Below are positions 48,709-57,742 of a stretch of DNA of 64,000 nt, one piece after another. The translations under genes were made by a program, and so were the position numbers. How positions within the stretch are numbered: the stretch's first letter is position 1; the number at the start of each line of letters is the position of its first letter. Origin of the DNA: Thermoanaerobaculia bacterium (GTDB lineage: Bacteria; Acidobacteriota; Thermoanaerobaculia; UBA5066); NCBI GenBank assembly GCA_963719225.1, contig CAVRAY010000001.1, positions 3,072,001 to 3,136,000 of the forward strand. Reading direction: 5' to 3'. A model generated the notes under the pieces. The model was not told the origin of the DNA, made no database searches, and saw only the letters and a program-made list of their open reading frames with translations.

Positions 48709-49680
48709 TCAATCGAGCGCTGCCGCGAAGATCCGCACGATTTCGCCCGCCGGCTCGACCGACGTGATCGACGCGACGCTCTTCCCCGCCTGCCAGCAGT
48801 CGGCCGACGTCGCACCCTTAACGGACGCGCCGCGGAGCCGGAACGCCGAGCGCAGCGAGTACCAGCCGCGGATCCAGTGCTTCGTCGTCCGCCCCTTGAG
48901 CATGAGGCGCCCGATCGGCCCAGCCTTCGTCCCCATGCGCTCGATGAAAGGCGTCCGGATGACCGAAAGCGGGACGCCCGTGATCCTCTCCGTCGCGACG
49001 ACGTCTTCCTCTTCCGCATCGAGGATCGCCTTCTTGTAGTCCGTGTGCGCCGAGCACTCTGCCGTGGCGATGAAGCGCGTGCCGGCCTGGACAGCCGCGT
49101 AGCCGATCTGCAGCATCGCCTTGAACTCCCGCTCGCTTCCGACGCCGCCGGCACAGACGAGCGGCACCCCGAGATCGGCGAGGGACGCGTACAACTCCTC
49201 CGGACCGAGCTTGCCGAGGTGTCCGCCGGCGCGGCGGTTCACGCAGATGAGGCCGTCCACGCCCTTTTCGAGGCCCTTCTCCGCCCAACGCCGGTCGATG
49301 ACGTCGTGGTAGACGAAGCCTCCGGCCGCGTGGACGCGCTCGACGACCCACCGCGGATCTCCGAGCGCCGTCACGAAAAACCGCACGCCTTCTTCCAGCG
49401 CCTCGTCCACCCAGCGCGACATCCGCTTGAGGTAGACGGCGGAGAGCGACTTTTCGGTCAGGACGTTCACCCCGATCGGCTTTTTCGTGAGGCTCTTGAT
49501 CTCCCGCAGCCCGGTCCGGAATTCGCGGCCGTGCACGAAGACGAGGGAAAGCGGCTGGACGACGCCGAGGCCGCCGGCTTCCGAGACCGCGGCCACGAGC
49601 TCGGGATTGCTGCACGGGTACATCGCCCCGCAGATGAGCGGCACCTCGACGCCGGCGGCTTCGGTGAACGCCGTTTTCAT
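48709..49680 (-). CDS. Nitronate monooxygenase / FabK-like flavoprotein
   Basis: PLICGAM...ELVAAVSEAGGLG, AGGH, CAGGV, AGTRFIATAEC. Confidence 0.92.
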   Translation of the reverse strand: MKTAFTEAAGVEVPLICGAMYPCSNPELVAAVSEAGGLGVVQPLSLVFVHGREFRTGLREIKSLTKKPIGVNVLTEKSLSAVYLKRMSRWVDEALEEGVRFFVTALGDPRWVVERVHAAGGFVYHDVIDRRWAEKGLEKGVDGLICVNRRAGGHLGKLGPEELYASLADLGVPLVCAGGVGSEREFKAMLQIGYAAVQAGTRFIATAECSAHTDYKKAILDAEEEDVVATERITGVPLSVIRTPFIERMGTKAGPIGRLMLKGRTTKHWIRGWYSLRSAFRLRGASVKGATSADCWQAGKSVASITSVEPAGEIVRIFAAALD

Positions 49681-49697
49681 TATCTGGCGAATTCGAG

Positions 49698-50075
49698 CTA
49701 CCAACTCTTCCGTTCGATGCCGGCCACTACGTCGAAGTGCTCATCCCGGCTCAGCAGCGGAAGCCGGTGCTGAAGGGCGAGGGCCGCGATCCAGGCGTCG
49801 TTCGCCGGTATCGGACGACCCGATCGCCTGAGAGCCAGCCGCAGCGCAGCGTAGGCGATGGCGGTCTCGTCCGTCACCGCCAGGATCTCGAAATGAGGAA
49901 GGTGGCTTTTCAGCCATGTTTCATAAGCCGCGCGATGGCGGGACTCCGCAATGCCGTATCGAAACTCACCGAGCACGATGACCGGAATGGCCGCTCGAAC
50001 CTCCCGGCGCAGAGCTTCGCCGACACCAGTATCCCCACCCACGAATGCAGACAACGCGTTGGTGTCCAGGATCAC
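49698..50075 (-). CDS. vapC: VapC (PIN domain) toxin
   Basis: MILDTNALS...GE...PANDAWIAALA...SRDEHF. Confidence 0.93.
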   Translation of the reverse strand: MILDTNALSAFVGGDTGVGEALRREVRAAIPVIVLGEFRYGIAESRHRAAYETWLKSHLPHFEILAVTDETAIAYAALRLALRRSGRPIPANDAWIAALALQHRLPLLSRDEHFDVVAGIERKSW

Positions 50076-50332
50076 GTTCGGTCCTCGGGCTCGACGACTT
50101 CGAAGACTTCATCGACCCTGGCCTGGATGCGCCTCATCTCGTTCCGGAGCCGGCGCAGCTTGCCGAAGCCCTGCATCCATTCCGGCTCAACGACACCAGC
50201 CTTGCCGGTCCCGGATGCGAGCTTCTCTTGCAATGCATCGGTCACGAGCTCCTTGAGCGTTTGACCGCGTTCGGCAGCTCTCGACTTGGCTCGGCGGAAC
50301 AGCGGGTCCGGAATCTCGACCGTCGTCTTCAT
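50072..50332 (-). CDS. Ribbon-helix-helix (VapB-like) antitoxin
   Basis: MKTTVEIPDPLFRRAKSRAAERGQTLKELVTDAL; 4-nt overlap with vapC. Confidence 0.88.
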   Translation of the reverse strand: MKTTVEIPDPLFRRAKSRAAERGQTLKELVTDALQEKLASGTGKAGVVEPEWMQGFGKLRRLRNEMRRIQARVDEVFEVVEPEDRT

Positions 50333-50417
50333 CGACCCATATTACCATATTTACGGTTCGCAGGAGCATGAGCGACGGAGACGGTCCCGGTGGCATGCTT
50401 CGTGAGAGGACTCCCTC

Positions 50418-50666
50418 ATGCGTCGCCCGCTCCTCCGCCCCGTCGCCCAAACTCTCCTCGTCGCCCTCGTGCCGCTCGCGCTTCACGGATGCGTGTCGAT
50501 CGGCGTCTCGCGCGCCGCGCTCGAGCACCCGCCCGGATCCTCCGCGCCGCCGACGGGCACGCTCGTCGTCTCCGTGTTCGAGAAAGCCGCTCGGCGCGGA
50601 GAGGGTGGCCGGGAAGGCAGCGGCAAGGTCTCGACGAGCTTCCTCGTGCCGGTGGTCGGAGAGTAG
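50418..50666 (+). CDS. Short hypothetical lipoprotein (possibly truncated)
   Basis: GAGAGG RBS; MRRPLLRPVAQTLLVALVPLALHGC lipobox-like sequence. Confidence 0.5.
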   Translation: MRRPLLRPVAQTLLVALVPLALHGCVSIGVSRAALEHPPGSSAPPTGTLVVSVFEKAARRGEGGREGSGKVSTSFLVPVVGE

Positions 50667-50669
50667 CGG

Positions 50670-51206
50670 TTGATGCGACTCCTCTCCGTGAACGTGGGAC
50701 TTCCGAAGACCGTGACGCTCATGCGGCGCACGGTGCACACCGCGTTCTTCAAGGAGCCCGTGTCGGGCGCGGTTGCGCTCTCCCGTCTCGGCCTCGAGGG
50801 CGACGGGCAGGCGGATCCGAAGTACCACGGCGGGCCCGTCAAGGCGGTCTACCTCTACCCGTTCGAGCATTACGCGTACTGGTCGGCCGTCCTGGGCCGG
50901 ATGGATCTCTTGCCCGGAGCATTCGGCGAGAACTTCACGACGGAAGGGCTGCTCGAGACCGAGACCCGCATCGGCGACGTCCTCGCGATCGGACCGGCGA
51001 AGCTCAGGGTGACGCAGCCGCGCACTCCGTGCGCGAAGCTGGGCCTCCGGATGGGCTCGATGCCGTTCGTCAGGGTGTTCGCAGCCGCCGGGCGGCCGGG
51101 CTTTTACCTGAGCGTCGTCGAGGAGGGCTCGGTGAAATCGGGCGACGCGATCACGCGGATCGCGTCCGACCCGAAGCGCCCGACCGTGGCCGAGGTGTTC
51201 GGCTAG
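50670..51206 (+). CDS. MOSC domain protein (YiiM-like)
   Basis: GLEGDGQAD..HGGP.KAV, FGENFT, QPRTPC.K, GFYLSV. Confidence 0.92.
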   Translation: MMRLLSVNVGLPKTVTLMRRTVHTAFFKEPVSGAVALSRLGLEGDGQADPKYHGGPVKAVYLYPFEHYAYWSAVLGRMDLLPGAFGENFTTEGLLETETRIGDVLAIGPAKLRVTQPRTPCAKLGLRMGSMPFVRVFAAAGRPGFYLSVVEEGSVKSGDAITRIASDPKRPTVAEVFG

Positions 51207-51283
51207 AGCCAGGCCCGCAGCGCGCGGAAGGAGCCCTACGGCCCCAGTGCGCGCTAAACTCGGACAGGAAAACGCGTCTTTTT

Positions 51284-52438
51284 GTGAAGTGGGAGAAGAG
51301 GGAGCTCGTCCTCCGGACGAATGCCACCGGGCAGCCGATGACCGCGCCGGTCTTCTGGTGCCACGGCCGCAATCCACGGCCCCTCGCGTACATCCAGGCG
51401 AACGTCCACGGGGCCGAGCTGCAGGGAAACGCGGCCATCCTCGCGCTCTTCGATCAACTCGAAAGGGAGCCTCCGCGCGGCAGCCTCATCCTCGTTCCCC
51501 GCGTGAACCCGGTGGCGGCGAACCAGCAGATCGGCGACTACGTGTCCGGCGTCTTCGATCTCGCGAGCGGCCTCAACTTCAACCGCGGCTACATCAACCT
51601 CACGGGGCCTTCGCGCGGCAGCTCCGCGTGCTACGTGGACGTGGACGCGTTCGCCGCGGTCCATCGCGACGCGACGCTCGCCGAGATCCGCGACGGCTTT
51701 CGCGAAGCGCTCAAGGCGGCGCTCGCGGCCGTGCGCGACTCCGTCGGCCCCTGGGGCATGGAGGCCCGCCTCGAGTTCGCCCTCGCGATCCAGGAAGTCG
51801 CGATCGAGGCCGACGTCGTCCTCGACCTTCACACGGGCGACCGGGCCCCGCGCTACGTCTACGCCCCCGAGGGTGCCACCGCGGCGACACGCGCCTTCGG
51901 GATTCCCTTCGTCCTGGAGGTGCCGCCCCGCTTCGCCGGCGCTCTGGACGAGGCCTCGTTCGTGCCGTGGAACGACCTCGCCGAAGCCTTTCGACGTCTC
52001 GATCGCACGGACGTCCGGAGGTTCGTGGACGGGTTCACGGTCGAGCTCGGCTCCATGAACGCGTTCTCGATGGCCCAGGGCGTCGAGGATGCCAAGCGCA
52101 TTACCTCGGTCCTGCGCTACTACGGCGTCCTCGACGGCGAGCCCGACGAGCCCGCGTACCGCATCGTCGCGTGCAGCGTGGCCGACTACAGGTCCGTCTA
52201 CGCGCCGGCCTCGGGGCTCGTGGACGCGACGCTCTCTCCGGGCACGCCCGTGAGGAAAGGCGACCTCCTCGCGCGCATGGTCGATCCCTCCCGCTGCGGA
52301 ATCCCGCCGCGCGCGCAGGATGCCGTCGTCGAGGTCCGCGCGCCGGACGACGGCGTCGTCCTCCTCTTCCACGCGTTCTCCTCGATCCCCAAGGGCGCGC
52401 GGCTGCTCTCGATGATGACGAACACGCGCCCGCTGTAG
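51284..52438 (+). CDS. Succinylglutamate desuccinylase/aspartoacylase family (M14-like)
   Basis: ANVHGAELQG, PRVNP, NFNR, LDLHTG, TVELG. Start GTG 51284. Confidence 0.88.
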   Translation: MKWEKRELVLRTNATGQPMTAPVFWCHGRNPRPLAYIQANVHGAELQGNAAILALFDQLEREPPRGSLILVPRVNPVAANQQIGDYVSGVFDLASGLNFNRGYINLTGPSRGSSACYVDVDAFAAVHRDATLAEIRDGFREALKAALAAVRDSVGPWGMEARLEFALAIQEVAIEADVVLDLHTGDRAPRYVYAPEGATAATRAFGIPFVLEVPPRFAGALDEASFVPWNDLAEAFRRLDRTDVRRFVDGFTVELGSMNAFSMAQGVEDAKRITSVLRYYGVLDGEPDEPAYRIVACSVADYRSVYAPASGLVDATLSPGTPVRKGDLLARMVDPSRCGIPPRAQDAVVEVRAPDDGVVLLFHAFSSIPKGARLLSMMTNTRPL

Positions 52439-52478
52439 CGTTGAGAAGAAGAATATTTCTAGAAAGAGAGGAGACCGG

Positions 52479-52568
52479 GATTTCTTAGAAGGTGACAAAA
52501 CAAGAGGCCCACGAGTAACCGCTGCGCCACGCCCCCAGCAGATGCCCCACTCACCCTTCTAAGAAATC
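52479..52568. repeat. Palindromic dispersed element, copy 2 (between convergent genes)
   Basis: GATTTCTTAGAAGGTGA...TCACCCTTCTAAGAAATC near-perfect inverted arms. Confidence 0.8.
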
Positions 52569-52583
52569 TCTTCTTCTATTCAT

Positions 52584-54380
52584 TCATCTCAAATAACCCA
52601 AACTTCTGAGGTTCTCGACGTATTCCTTCGGGTCGATCGCGAGCTCCGCGCTCGCGCGGCGCCGCCCCCACGACGCGACCGTCTCGCCGTCCGTCGCGCC
52701 CGGCGCGAGGAGGTCGCTTCGCACTTTTCCCGCGACCTCGCGCGAGGCGGGAACGCCCAGAACCGAGAGCACCGTCGGCGCGAGATCCACGGGCGCGAAC
52801 GTCTCTTCCGCGCCCCGCCTCGCGAGCGGTCCCTCGAAGAGCACGACGCCGCCGCTTTCGTGCCGTCCCGCGTCGAGGACGAGGACGAGGAGATCAGGTG
52901 CCGGCGCGAGGCCCGGCTCGAGCAGGAAGGCGCGCAGGTTCGCCGTCTCCTCCGTCAGAGCGGCGGCGAGCGCGACGCGGTCCGCGGCCCCGCGCTCGGG
53001 ATCGAGAAGAGCGGACGAGAGGATGTCGGGACCCGGGAGGTAGAGAAGCGCGAGGCGCGGGGCGTCCCGCCGCCACGCTTCGCGAAAAGCGGCCAGCGCG
53101 AACGCATCGAGGCCGCGCGCATCCGCCACGAGACGCTCGAGGGAGCCCGGCTCGGGCGCGATACGGGGCGCGAGCCGTGCCGCCCGCTCCGCGGCCTCGG
53201 CCGGCCAGCCTTCCCCCGCGAGCGACAAGCCCGCGCGCGCGGCGAAGAAGAGGTGATTTCCGAGGATCGTCCCCCCGTCCTCCCCGGCCGGGTACGTCGT
53301 CCACCAGTTCACCGTCAGAGACGGTATGCCGCCGCGGCTCGCGACCTCCCACAGGGAAGGCACGCGCCGCGCGCCGGCCGTGACGGACTCGCGCCGCGCC
53401 AGGTGCAGAGCCGGCAAGACGTCCTTCAGGTACCAGCCGGTGCCGGCGAGAGGGCGCACGGCTGATCTCACGCCCGAAATGCGCACGAGGTCGAGCGAGC
53501 CGATGCCGTGGCGCTTCACGTTTTCGCCGGTCGCGACCGTCGTCCAGAAGGCTGCCGGGTCGCGCGCCTCCTTCGCATACCGCGCGCGCGCTCCCCCTTC
53601 CATCGGAAGGTTTTCGGTCCAGCCGTCGACGCCTACCACGACGACGCGCCGCGCATTCCCCGCGACGACGAGCGGAGCGTCCCCGACCGCCGGAACGCGA
53701 AAGAAGAGCGCCGAAATGCCGACGAGGACGAGGGTCGCCCCCGCGAGGGCCCACGCGACGAACGTGCGGCGCGGCCGCGCCGCGAAGATCCGTCCGGAGG
53801 CCGCGAGCACCGTGAAGGCGAGACCCCGCGCCACGCGCACCGCGATGAGGACCGCGAACGCGACGGCGAGAAGCACCGCCGCGGCCGCGGGGACCCCCGC
53901 GCTCTCGAGCGCGGGACGCGCCGCGAGAACGCCCGCGACTCCGGCGACGACGCCGAACGCGACCGCGATCTCCGTGGAGCCCTCCTCCGCGTCTCCGCGG
54001 GCCCGCGCCCTCACGAGCGCCAGGAGCCCGAGCCCGAGGACGACGAGCGACGCGACGGCCGCCGCGCCCGCGAAGAGCCAGAGGAAGAGCACCGCGGCAT
54101 CCCGCAGAGGCAGCGCCGAGGACACGGCGAGGAGAACCGTCTGCGCCAGCGCCACGGCGGACGCGAGGAAAACCGCCCCGGTCGCGGCGCCGAGAAGGAA
54201 GGCCCGCGTCCGAGTGCGGGCCGCGAGCACGCCCTTGAGGACCGCTCCCTCGACGCCCCGGTCGAGGTATCCCCTCTCGCGGAGGCGCTCGCGTGCGGCG
54301 TCGAGCGAAAGCTCGACGCCGGGAGAGGAAGAGGAGGGACCTTTTGCTCCCTCTCGCGGGGGATCGTCTCGCTCTTCCAT
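52584..54380 (-). CDS. Membrane-anchored alkaline-phosphatase/sulfatase-like protein (degenerate)
   Basis: Several N-terminal TM segments; VVVVGVDG, FWTTVATG, DLAPTVL, ENLRSLGYL. Confidence 0.75.
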   Translation of the reverse strand: MEERDDPPREGAKGPSSSSPGVELSLDAARERLRERGYLDRGVEGAVLKGVLAARTRTRAFLLGAATGAVFLASAVALAQTVLLAVSSALPLRDAAVLFLWLFAGAAAVASLVVLGLGLLALVRARARGDAEEGSTEIAVAFGVVAGVAGVLAARPALESAGVPAAAAVLLAVAFAVLIAVRVARGLAFTVLAASGRIFAARPRRTFVAWALAGATLVLVGISALFFRVPAVGDAPLVVAGNARRVVVVGVDGWTENLPMEGGARARYAKEARDPAAFWTTVATGENVKRHGIGSLDLVRISGVRSAVRPLAGTGWYLKDVLPALHLARRESVTAGARRVPSLWEVASRGGIPSLTVNWWTTYPAGEDGGTILGNHLFFAARAGLSLAGEGWPAEAAERAARLAPRIAPEPGSLERLVADARGLDAFALAAFREAWRRDAPRLALLYLPGPDILSSALLDPERGAADRVALAAALTEETANLRAFLLEPGLAPAPDLLVLVLDAGRHESGGVVLFEGPLARRGAEETFAPVDLAPTVLSVLGVPASREVAGKVRSDLLAPGATDGETVASWGRRRASAELAIDPKEYVENLRSLGYLR

Positions 54381-54406
54381 GCAGCCTGCGACCTTACCGC
54401 ACCGGT

Positions 54407-54502
54407 GGATTTTGCTTAGAAGGGGTGAGTGCGGCCGCGGCAAAACCGGCCGCCGCCGCGGTGATCGAGGGCACTCCGCTCATTCACCCTTCTAAGAAAT
54501 CC
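54407..54502. repeat. Palindromic dispersed element, copy 3
   Basis: GGATTTTGCTTAGAAGGGGTGAGTG...CATTCACCCTTCTAAGAAATCC. Confidence 0.8.
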
Positions 54503-54539
54503 GAAAACGGCGTTTCCCGTTGCGCATTCGCCGGCGGAA

Positions 54540-55466
54540 TCAGCTCGTTCGGTCCCTCAACAGGAGGGCGAACTCTCTCAGCAGAATTCCCTTCTTTCCG
54601 AACATCTCGATGGACTCGACCGCATTGGCCGTCAGCTCCGCGACGAGCGAGCGGGCGCCTTCGGCGCCCACGTGCCGGACGAACGTGGGCGCGGGCGCGC
54701 GGCGCGCGCTCTTGCCGGACTCCGAAGCCGGAACCCCCTCGAGAAGGTCGTCCACGATCTGGAACGCGAGGCCGACGTTGCGCGCGTACGAGCGGACCGC
54801 CGCGAGCTCCTTCTCCCGCGCGCCGCCGAGCACGGCGCCGAACTCGGCGGACGCGACGAAAAGCGCGCCCGTCTTCCGCGCGTGAATCGTCTCGAGGCGG
54901 TCGAACGTGGCCGAGGCGGCGTCGGTCGCAAGGTCCAGGGCCTGGCCGGACGCGAGCCCGGCGAGACCCGAAGCGTCCGCGAGGCGCGAGACGAGATCGA
55001 GGGCCGCCGAGGAGGGAAGGCCTCCCCGCCGCGGATGAAGGCCGGCCTCGGCGATGAGCCCGAACGCGCGCGAAAGCAGGGTCACGGCCGCGAGGATCGT
55101 GCTCGCCTCGCCGTGGGTGACGTGCAACGCGGGCCTTCCGCGCCGGAGGGTGGCGTCGTCCATCGACGGCAGGTCGTCGAGGACGAGGGAAGCCGCGTGC
55201 ACCATCTCGACCGCGCAGCCCGCGTCGACGAGGCGCGGCCGAGCGGCTCCGAAGAGCTCGCCGGTGAGGACCACGAGCGCCGGCCTCACGCGCTTTCCCG
55301 GCGAGAGAAGCGCCTCCCGCACGGCGGAGGGAAGAGGGTCGCCGGAATCCCGCGACGGCTCCTCCGCCTCGAGCAGGGCGGGGAGGCGCGCGTCCACGGC
55401 GGCGCGCACCTCGCCCAGAAGACGCGTCAGCGCGGGAGACGCCGGAGGCGCGGCCACGTCGCTCAA
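54540..55466 (-). CDS. Polyprenyl (FPP/GGPP) synthase
   Basis: GKRVRP, HAASLVLDDLPSMDD..LRRG, GQALD, KTGALF, FQIVDD. Confidence 0.94.
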   Translation of the reverse strand: MSDVAAPPASPALTRLLGEVRAAVDARLPALLEAEEPSRDSGDPLPSAVREALLSPGKRVRPALVVLTGELFGAARPRLVDAGCAVEMVHAASLVLDDLPSMDDATLRRGRPALHVTHGEASTILAAVTLLSRAFGLIAEAGLHPRRGGLPSSAALDLVSRLADASGLAGLASGQALDLATDAASATFDRLETIHARKTGALFVASAEFGAVLGGAREKELAAVRSYARNVGLAFQIVDDLLEGVPASESGKSARRAPAPTFVRHVGAEGARSLVAELTANAVESIEMFGKKGILLREFALLLRDRTS

Positions 55467-55503
55467 CGAGCCGGGGACGCCCGCCGCGCCTCCGAAAGAC
55501 CCA

Positions 55504-55845
55504 TCAGAAGCTCGCGAGCGCGTCCTTCTCGTTCGAGAAGACGTCGAACACGGTGATGAGCTGCGTCACGGTGAGGACGTCGCTGATCTTGGGCGGGAGG
55601 TTCACGAGCTTCAGCTTGGCGCCCTTGTTCGTGGCCGTCGTGTAGCAGCCCACGAGCTCCCCGATGCCCGAGGAATCGATCGTCGAAACGTCCTTCATGT
55701 CGACGAGAAGCTTCATCGCGCCGCCCGTGATGGCGCCGTGGATCGCTTCCCTCATCTGCAGGTCGCCCGCACCGATCGTGATCTTGCCGTGCAGCTCGAC
55801 GATCTTGACGTCTCCGACGTCGCGCATGGTCACCGTGGTCTTCAT
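55504..55845 (-). CDS. STAS-domain anti-sigma-factor antagonist (RsbV/SpoIIAA-like)
   Basis: IDSSGIGEL phosphoacceptor motif. Confidence 0.93.
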   Translation of the reverse strand: MKTTVTMRDVGDVKIVELHGKITIGAGDLQMREAIHGAITGGAMKLLVDMKDVSTIDSSGIGELVGCYTTATNKGAKLKLVNLPPKISDVLTVTQLITVFDVFSNEKDALASF

Positions 55846-56306
55846 CTCGTTTGCGCTCCCTTCTTGTGATCGGAATCGAAGTGCTTCGTCATCGTGAGTA
55901 TGGTGCCGCCCCGCTCGCCGCGCGAGAACGTCACGTCGTCCATGAAGGTCTTCATGTAGAAGATGCCTCGCCCCGAGGTCTTCATCTGGTTCTCCGGCGC
56001 GAGCGGATCGGCGACGGAGGTCGACTCGAATCCTTCGCCTTCGTCGCCGACGACGATCTCGAGGCTGTTCTCGGCGCCGCCGAGGGAGAGCATCACGCGC
56101 CGGCTGGGATCCTGCCGGTTTCCGTGCTTGATTGCATTCGCGAGCGCCTCACGCAGCGCGACGCCGATCCAGTGCTCGGCGTCGTTCTCGATGCCCCGCT
56201 GCCGGCACACGTACTCGAGCACCGCCTGGCCGAGCTCGAGGTTCTCGTACCGGCTGGAGAGCCAGAGGACGATGGGCCCCGGCGAAGCGGGGGACGATTC
56301 GGTCAT
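55842..56306 (-). CDS. Anti-sigma factor / Ser kinase (RsbW-like HATPase)
   Basis: REALANAIKHGN, DEGEGF, SGRGIFYMKTFMD. Confidence 0.92.
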   Translation of the reverse strand: MTESSPASPGPIVLWLSSRYENLELGQAVLEYVCRQRGIENDAEHWIGVALREALANAIKHGNRQDPSRRVMLSLGGAENSLEIVVGDEGEGFESTSVADPLAPENQMKTSGRGIFYMKTFMDDVTFSRGERGGTILTMTKHFDSDHKKGAQTR

Positions 56307-56383
56307 CGCGGATGAACGAGACGACGCGCTGCTAAGCTGGCCGCCTCGATGTTTCCCTCCACACTCTCCAAAAACGCGGGCGC

Positions 56384-57742
56384 ATGATACGCGAGCGCGG
56401 CGCGGGCCGTCCATCGATCCGGCGCCGTGGCGCAGGAGTCGTGGCCGCGGCCTTCGCGGCTCTCTTCGCGGCGACCGCGGGGGCCGGCCCCGTCACGGCC
56501 GAGCGCCCGCTCACCGAACGCCTTTCGGAGGCCGTGGCAAGTGCCCAGAAGGTCGTGGAGAAGGTCCGGGGGGTCCCGTTTCCGGGAAAAGTGGCGTCGG
56601 CCATCCTGCACGAGAAAGACCTCAAAAGGGTGCTCGGACAGAAGCTCGTGGAGGATCTGCCCGCGCCCTTTCCCCGCTATGCGGCCTCTCTCGCGGCCGT
56701 CGGCTTCTTCGACCCCGAGCCGCTCCTCGAGCAGAAGCTCACGAACCTTTATGCCCGCCAGGTCGCCGGCTTTTACGATCCCGCCGAGAAGAAGTTCTTC
56801 ATCGTCCCCGAGCGCACGGCCGAGACGGCGGCAGGAGCCGCTCCGGAGCTGGGCGTGTCGGCGGAAACACTCCTCGAGGACACACTTCTCGCTCACGAGC
56901 TGACGCACGCCTTGCAGGATCGCCGCCTCGACCTCGTGCCGAGGCTCAAGGCGCTCCACGACTCCTCCGACGGCCTGCTCGCGCTCGAGGCCTTCCTCGA
57001 GGGCGAGGCGACCGTCGTGATGATGGACGCGCTCCTCACGCGGCTGCCCGACGAGGCGAAGGACCTCGTCGGTCCGGAGACCCTCGCGACGATGATGTCC
57101 GGTCTCGCCGCGGGTGCCACGATCGAGGGCAGCGAGGGCGTGCCCCCTTTCTTCGTCAAGGAAATGCTCTTCCCGTACGTGGGCGGCACGGCCTGGATCC
57201 AGGCGAAGAAGAAGGCCGGCGGCTGGCCCGCCGTGGACGCCGCGTACGCGCGGCTGCCGCGCACGACGTCGGAGATCCTCCATCCCGACCGGGCCTCGAC
57301 CGGACGCGTCCTCCTCGATCCGGGCGACCGTCCTTCGGCGGCGAGCGCGCCGCCCGGGATGCGGCTCCTCTATGAGGACACCTTCGGAGAATGGATGCTC
57401 GGAGCGCTCCTGGAGCGGGCCGGAGCCGCGAACGCCGCCTCGCTCGCCGCCGAGTGGCAGGACGACCGCGTCGCCTTTTTCGAGCCGAAGGAGACGCTCG
57501 GGGAAGGGCCGCTTCCGGTCGGGTTCGTCTGGCGCCTGCGCGCCACCTCGCCGGCCGCCGCCAGGCGCATCGCCGCGGCGCTGGAGCGGCTCTACCAGCG
57601 GCCAGACGGACGGAGGGCCGCGAACGTGACCGTCCAGGCCGATCGGGTGGAAGTCGTGCGCGGGCGCATGGCGCCGGCCCGGTCCCCGAACCGGACTCTC
57701 AGTCCCCCGCCAGCAGCTTCAGCGCAGCCGGAAGGAAAATGA
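56384..57742 (+). CDS. Secreted putative zinc metallopeptidase
   Basis: Signal peptide; AGFYDP, LAHELTHALQD...EGEAT, FPY..G, EILHP. Confidence 0.8.
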   Translation: MIRERGAGRPSIRRRGAGVVAAAFAALFAATAGAGPVTAERPLTERLSEAVASAQKVVEKVRGVPFPGKVASAILHEKDLKRVLGQKLVEDLPAPFPRYAASLAAVGFFDPEPLLEQKLTNLYARQVAGFYDPAEKKFFIVPERTAETAAGAAPELGVSAETLLEDTLLAHELTHALQDRRLDLVPRLKALHDSSDGLLALEAFLEGEATVVMMDALLTRLPDEAKDLVGPETLATMMSGLAAGATIEGSEGVPPFFVKEMLFPYVGGTAWIQAKKKAGGWPAVDAAYARLPRTTSEILHPDRASTGRVLLDPGDRPSAASAPPGMRLLYEDTFGEWMLGALLERAGAANAASLAAEWQDDRVAFFEPKETLGEGPLPVGFVWRLRATSPAAARRIAAALERLYQRPDGRRAANVTVQADRVEVVRGRMAPARSPNRTLSPPPAASAQPEGK

